From the NCBI GenBank assembly GCA_900319185.1, contig ONNK01000004.1, positions 1 through 45,226 of the forward strand: a DNA stretch of 45,226 nt, in the 5' to 3' direction. Shown here in pieces: positions 45,001-45,226 of this stretch. The translations under genes were made by a program, and so were the position numbers. Numbering within the stretch: the stretch's first letter is position 1; every line of letters begins with the position of its first letter. A model generated the notes under the pieces. It ran no database searches. It was given only the letters and a program-made list of their open reading frames with translations, and was not told the DNA's origin. Source of the DNA: an uncultured Bacteroidales bacterium (GTDB lineage Bacteria > Bacteroidota > Bacteroidia > Bacteroidales > UBA932).

Positions 45001-45219
45001 CGCGGGAACGTTGAGGGAGAATTTGCCATCAGCGTTGGTGACAGTTCCGATGGAGCTGTTTCCGACGACCATGACAGTGGCCCCGATGACGGGTAGTCCG
45101 GCGCCGTCGACTACTGTTCCGCTGATGGTACGGTTCTGGCCAAAGGCCGTCGTACCGATCAGTAGCATAACGGCAGTCAGGACGACGGCCGCCAGTTTCT
45201 GGAAAAGTTTGCTTGTCAT
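42028..45219 (-). CDS. susC: SusC/RagA family TonB-linked outer-membrane transporter
   Basis: [48 protein letters not shown] and LSWETS; C-terminal Phe. Confidence 0.97.
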   Translation of the reverse strand: [1063 protein letters not shown]

Positions 45220-45226
45220 AAATCAG

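Noticed and set aside
38748-45219. Esterase plus susC/susD (and the GH9) as one polysaccharide utilisation locus
   Set aside because: They are on opposite strands and separated by a tRNA and terminators, and the GH9 is ~15 kb away. No substrate can be assigned.

Overview
Chromosomal window from a GC-rich Bacteroidales-type organism (TAnnTTTG promoters, SusC/SusD, DUF4249/TonB pair). It opens inside a stand-alone group II-like reverse transcriptase with atypical motifs, followed by envelope and ECF-sigma genes. About 7.1-22.7 kb is an AT-richer accessory island next to the 3' end of tRNA-Leu(CAA). The island is punctuated by five same-orientation copies of a ~104-bp hairpin repeat. It holds a frameshifted DUF4249 gene with a TonB receptor, a Bro-N gene, a candidate structured RNA, two tandem short Rhs toxin/immunity cassettes each with its own consensus promoter (L,D-transpeptidase-like and JAB-like tips), a TPR regulator/DUF3244-like/C10 peptidase module, a trypsin-like protease and a truncated Fic gene. 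The right half is core metabolism: GH9, aroB, an aroD-aroA fusion, an NhaC-family transporter, aroC, sufB-pnuC-sufC-sufD, ispE (carrying an in-frame 114-bp palindromic element), DUF418, aminopeptidase P, an esterase, tRNA-Val(CAC) and susC/susD. All family calls come from motif recognition by eye; no searches were run.
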